DNA of 64,000 nucleotides. Source: Octopus sinensis (taxonomy: Eukaryota). Both the position numbers and the translations under genes were made by a program. The notes under the pieces were generated by a model. It did not search any database, was not told where the DNA came from, and saw nothing but the letters and a program-made list of their open reading frames with translations. The DNA is taken from contig NC_042998.1 in the NCBI RefSeq assembly GCF_006345805.1, positions 37,820,001-37,884,000 of the forward strand, given 5' to 3'. This document shows, piece after piece, positions 62,153 through 64,000 of this stretch (position 1 is its first letter; each line of letters opens with the position of its first letter).

Positions 62153-63235
62153 TATTATAATCAAAGCTCCTTTCATCTCACCAACAGGTAGCAGCACATC
62201 CGACATCTTACTACATACATCGTTCTCAAGTCAATCTACTTCTCTTCTCCTCGCCCTTCGCCCACAACCCATTAACATTTAATGCTTCTCTCATCTGAAC
62301 ATCCATTCTTTAAATCGTGGCTGAAACTGGTGTGAATTACTGGTTCACACCCCTGCTCCCACCCCGCACCTTTCCCCCGTTTTTCTCGCAGCTTTCACAC
62401 GTGCTCAATTCTCCTTTAAAATTCTATTTTTAACGGACCCAGTTATGAAACGATCTCTCTTTTTCTTTTTTCCTAACCGTTTCCTCCGCACCTCAAATGC
62501 CAGCTATGCAGATTATTATTAGGCTAAACAGGCCAGTGACAAGTCGACAACTTTGTTGACATTCTCATAGACGTCACTGGTAACAACGGGCGAGACTCCG
62601 TCGTCTGGCGTTTCTTCTAATTAAGTCATTGTTTACCTGTCCATGACGAGTGTCTTTTCGCCGGTGTTTTATACAATAAAATCTTTTTTCCCATTCAGAA
62701 ATGCAGGAAATATCTCACCGAAGTGATTCTGTTTCTGCTACCTATATGTATACAAAGGCATACACAGATGCACACAGATACAGGCCCACACGTACTCGCA
62801 CATTCACACACACATACACACACATGCAGAGATACACACACACACAGATACATAGACACAGAAACATACACAAACACACACACACACACACAAAGATACA
62901 CATACACACGCATACACACACATACATACACATACAGAGATACACACAGACACACACACACATAGTACATTTCAGTAAAAACAAATGCAAACCCTAGTCG
63001 AAGATACCCGTGTACATGCTGCCGTACTTTAAACCCTCGCGTTACACGAACTCACAACAACCATAGGAATACACACAACATGCATGCAAATGATAGCAAG
63101 GCACCAATGTTCACATTCCGATTGTCTCCAATCATGATTTCATTCAAGTTCAACGTATAACACTTATCATTTTTGTCATGCACATAGGAAAGATGGAGTT
63201 TTGTTTTATTGTGAGAAGCTAGCTACTTCCTTTTA

Positions 63236-64000
63236 TTAGGTTATCAAGTATGAAATTTGTAGTAAGGTGTATGGTAAATTTTGACAGCTGCTCATTTTGT
63301 GCCATTATTATATTTTGACAATCTTTATTTTTTGTTAGAAAGTTTACACATGTATTTCTTTATTCTACTTCATTTTGCACTTTATAAAGTATTTATAAAT
63401 CATTTTTTGCTATTTTTATTTAGAGATGGATAAGTCGGAAATTCGTATAGTTTTCAAATATGAGTTATTTCTTGGAAATATAGCATCACAGACAGCTCGG
63501 AATATTAATGGAGTATTTCATTCTGATGTTATTATTCAGCAGACAGTATCAAATTGGTTTGCAAAATTTTGTTCTTGAACTTTGCTGTCGACCAGAAACA
63601 AAGGTGGAAAATGACGAACTGAAAGCCACCGCAGAGTCAGATCCATCTCAAAGTGCCCATTAATTATCGTTGTTGTTTGGTGTTAGCAAGCAAATAATAT
63701 TGACTCACCTATTTCAAATCGGTAAAGTGAAAAAGTTGGATAAGTGGGTTCTACATAAACTCAATGAAAATCAGAAACTCTTTCTCGTCACAAAAATGAA
63801 TAATTTGTGAATCGAATTGTAACATGAGATGAGAAATGGAGCCAATACAACAATTGTAAACGTTCAGCACAATGGTTGGACAAAGACGAGCCACCAAAAC
63901 AACACAGTCCAAACAAAGCAAAATTCATCAAAAGAACTGATAGTTTGGTAGTCTGGCACAGGTATCATCCATTATGATTTCATTAAACCTGGCTCATCAA
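63236..64000 (+). mobile_element. Mariner transposon (Hsmar1/cecropia-like), decayed, runs off the window
   Basis: TA then TTAGGTTATC.. as the terminus. ATG 63426 begins MDKSEIRIVFKYE..ASQTARNIN..V.NWFAKF..RPETKVENDELKA..IGKVKKLDKWVLHKL..RIVT*DEKW..YNN.KRSAQWLD, with stops and frameshifts. Confidence 0.9.

Noticed and set aside
63426-64000. SETMAR gene
   Set aside because: There is no SET domain, the frame is disrupted, and a transposon terminus lies upstream.

Overview
This is AT-rich, repeat-saturated metazoan genomic DNA with no convincing host protein-coding exon. Its SINE families and microsatellite load look like an Octopus (cephalopod) genome; that is recognition by eye, not a database result. 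It is probably intronic or intergenic. Three tRNA-derived SINE families are present in many copies. DNA transposons include two decayed copies of a ~1.2-kb Tc1-type element with DD36E spacing, mariner relics, a decayed hAT Buster/Charlie transposase, hAT-type MITEs and non-autonomous Helitrons. LINE fragments belong to the RTE, CR1/L2 and R4/HERO-like groups. There are very many (TA)n, (CA)n, (GA)n and (TCTA)n tracts, and a 100-N assembly gap. Nearly all ORFs in the supplied track are microsatellite or SINE artefacts. The most interesting signal is a set of minimal type-I hammerhead-ribozyme motifs (CUGAnGA...GAAAC-NNNN-GUH with palindromic tetraloops) in short fold-back or tandem repeats embedded in microsatellites. 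One motif is fully canonical (35630-35720, minus). A 355-nt tandem unit bounded by two hammerheads (54676-55233) resembles a retrozyme or Penelope pLTR. A ~700-bp hairpin plus fold-back cassette is duplicated 5.1 kb apart. Element boundaries were read by eye and are approximate to a few bases unless a terminus is quoted.
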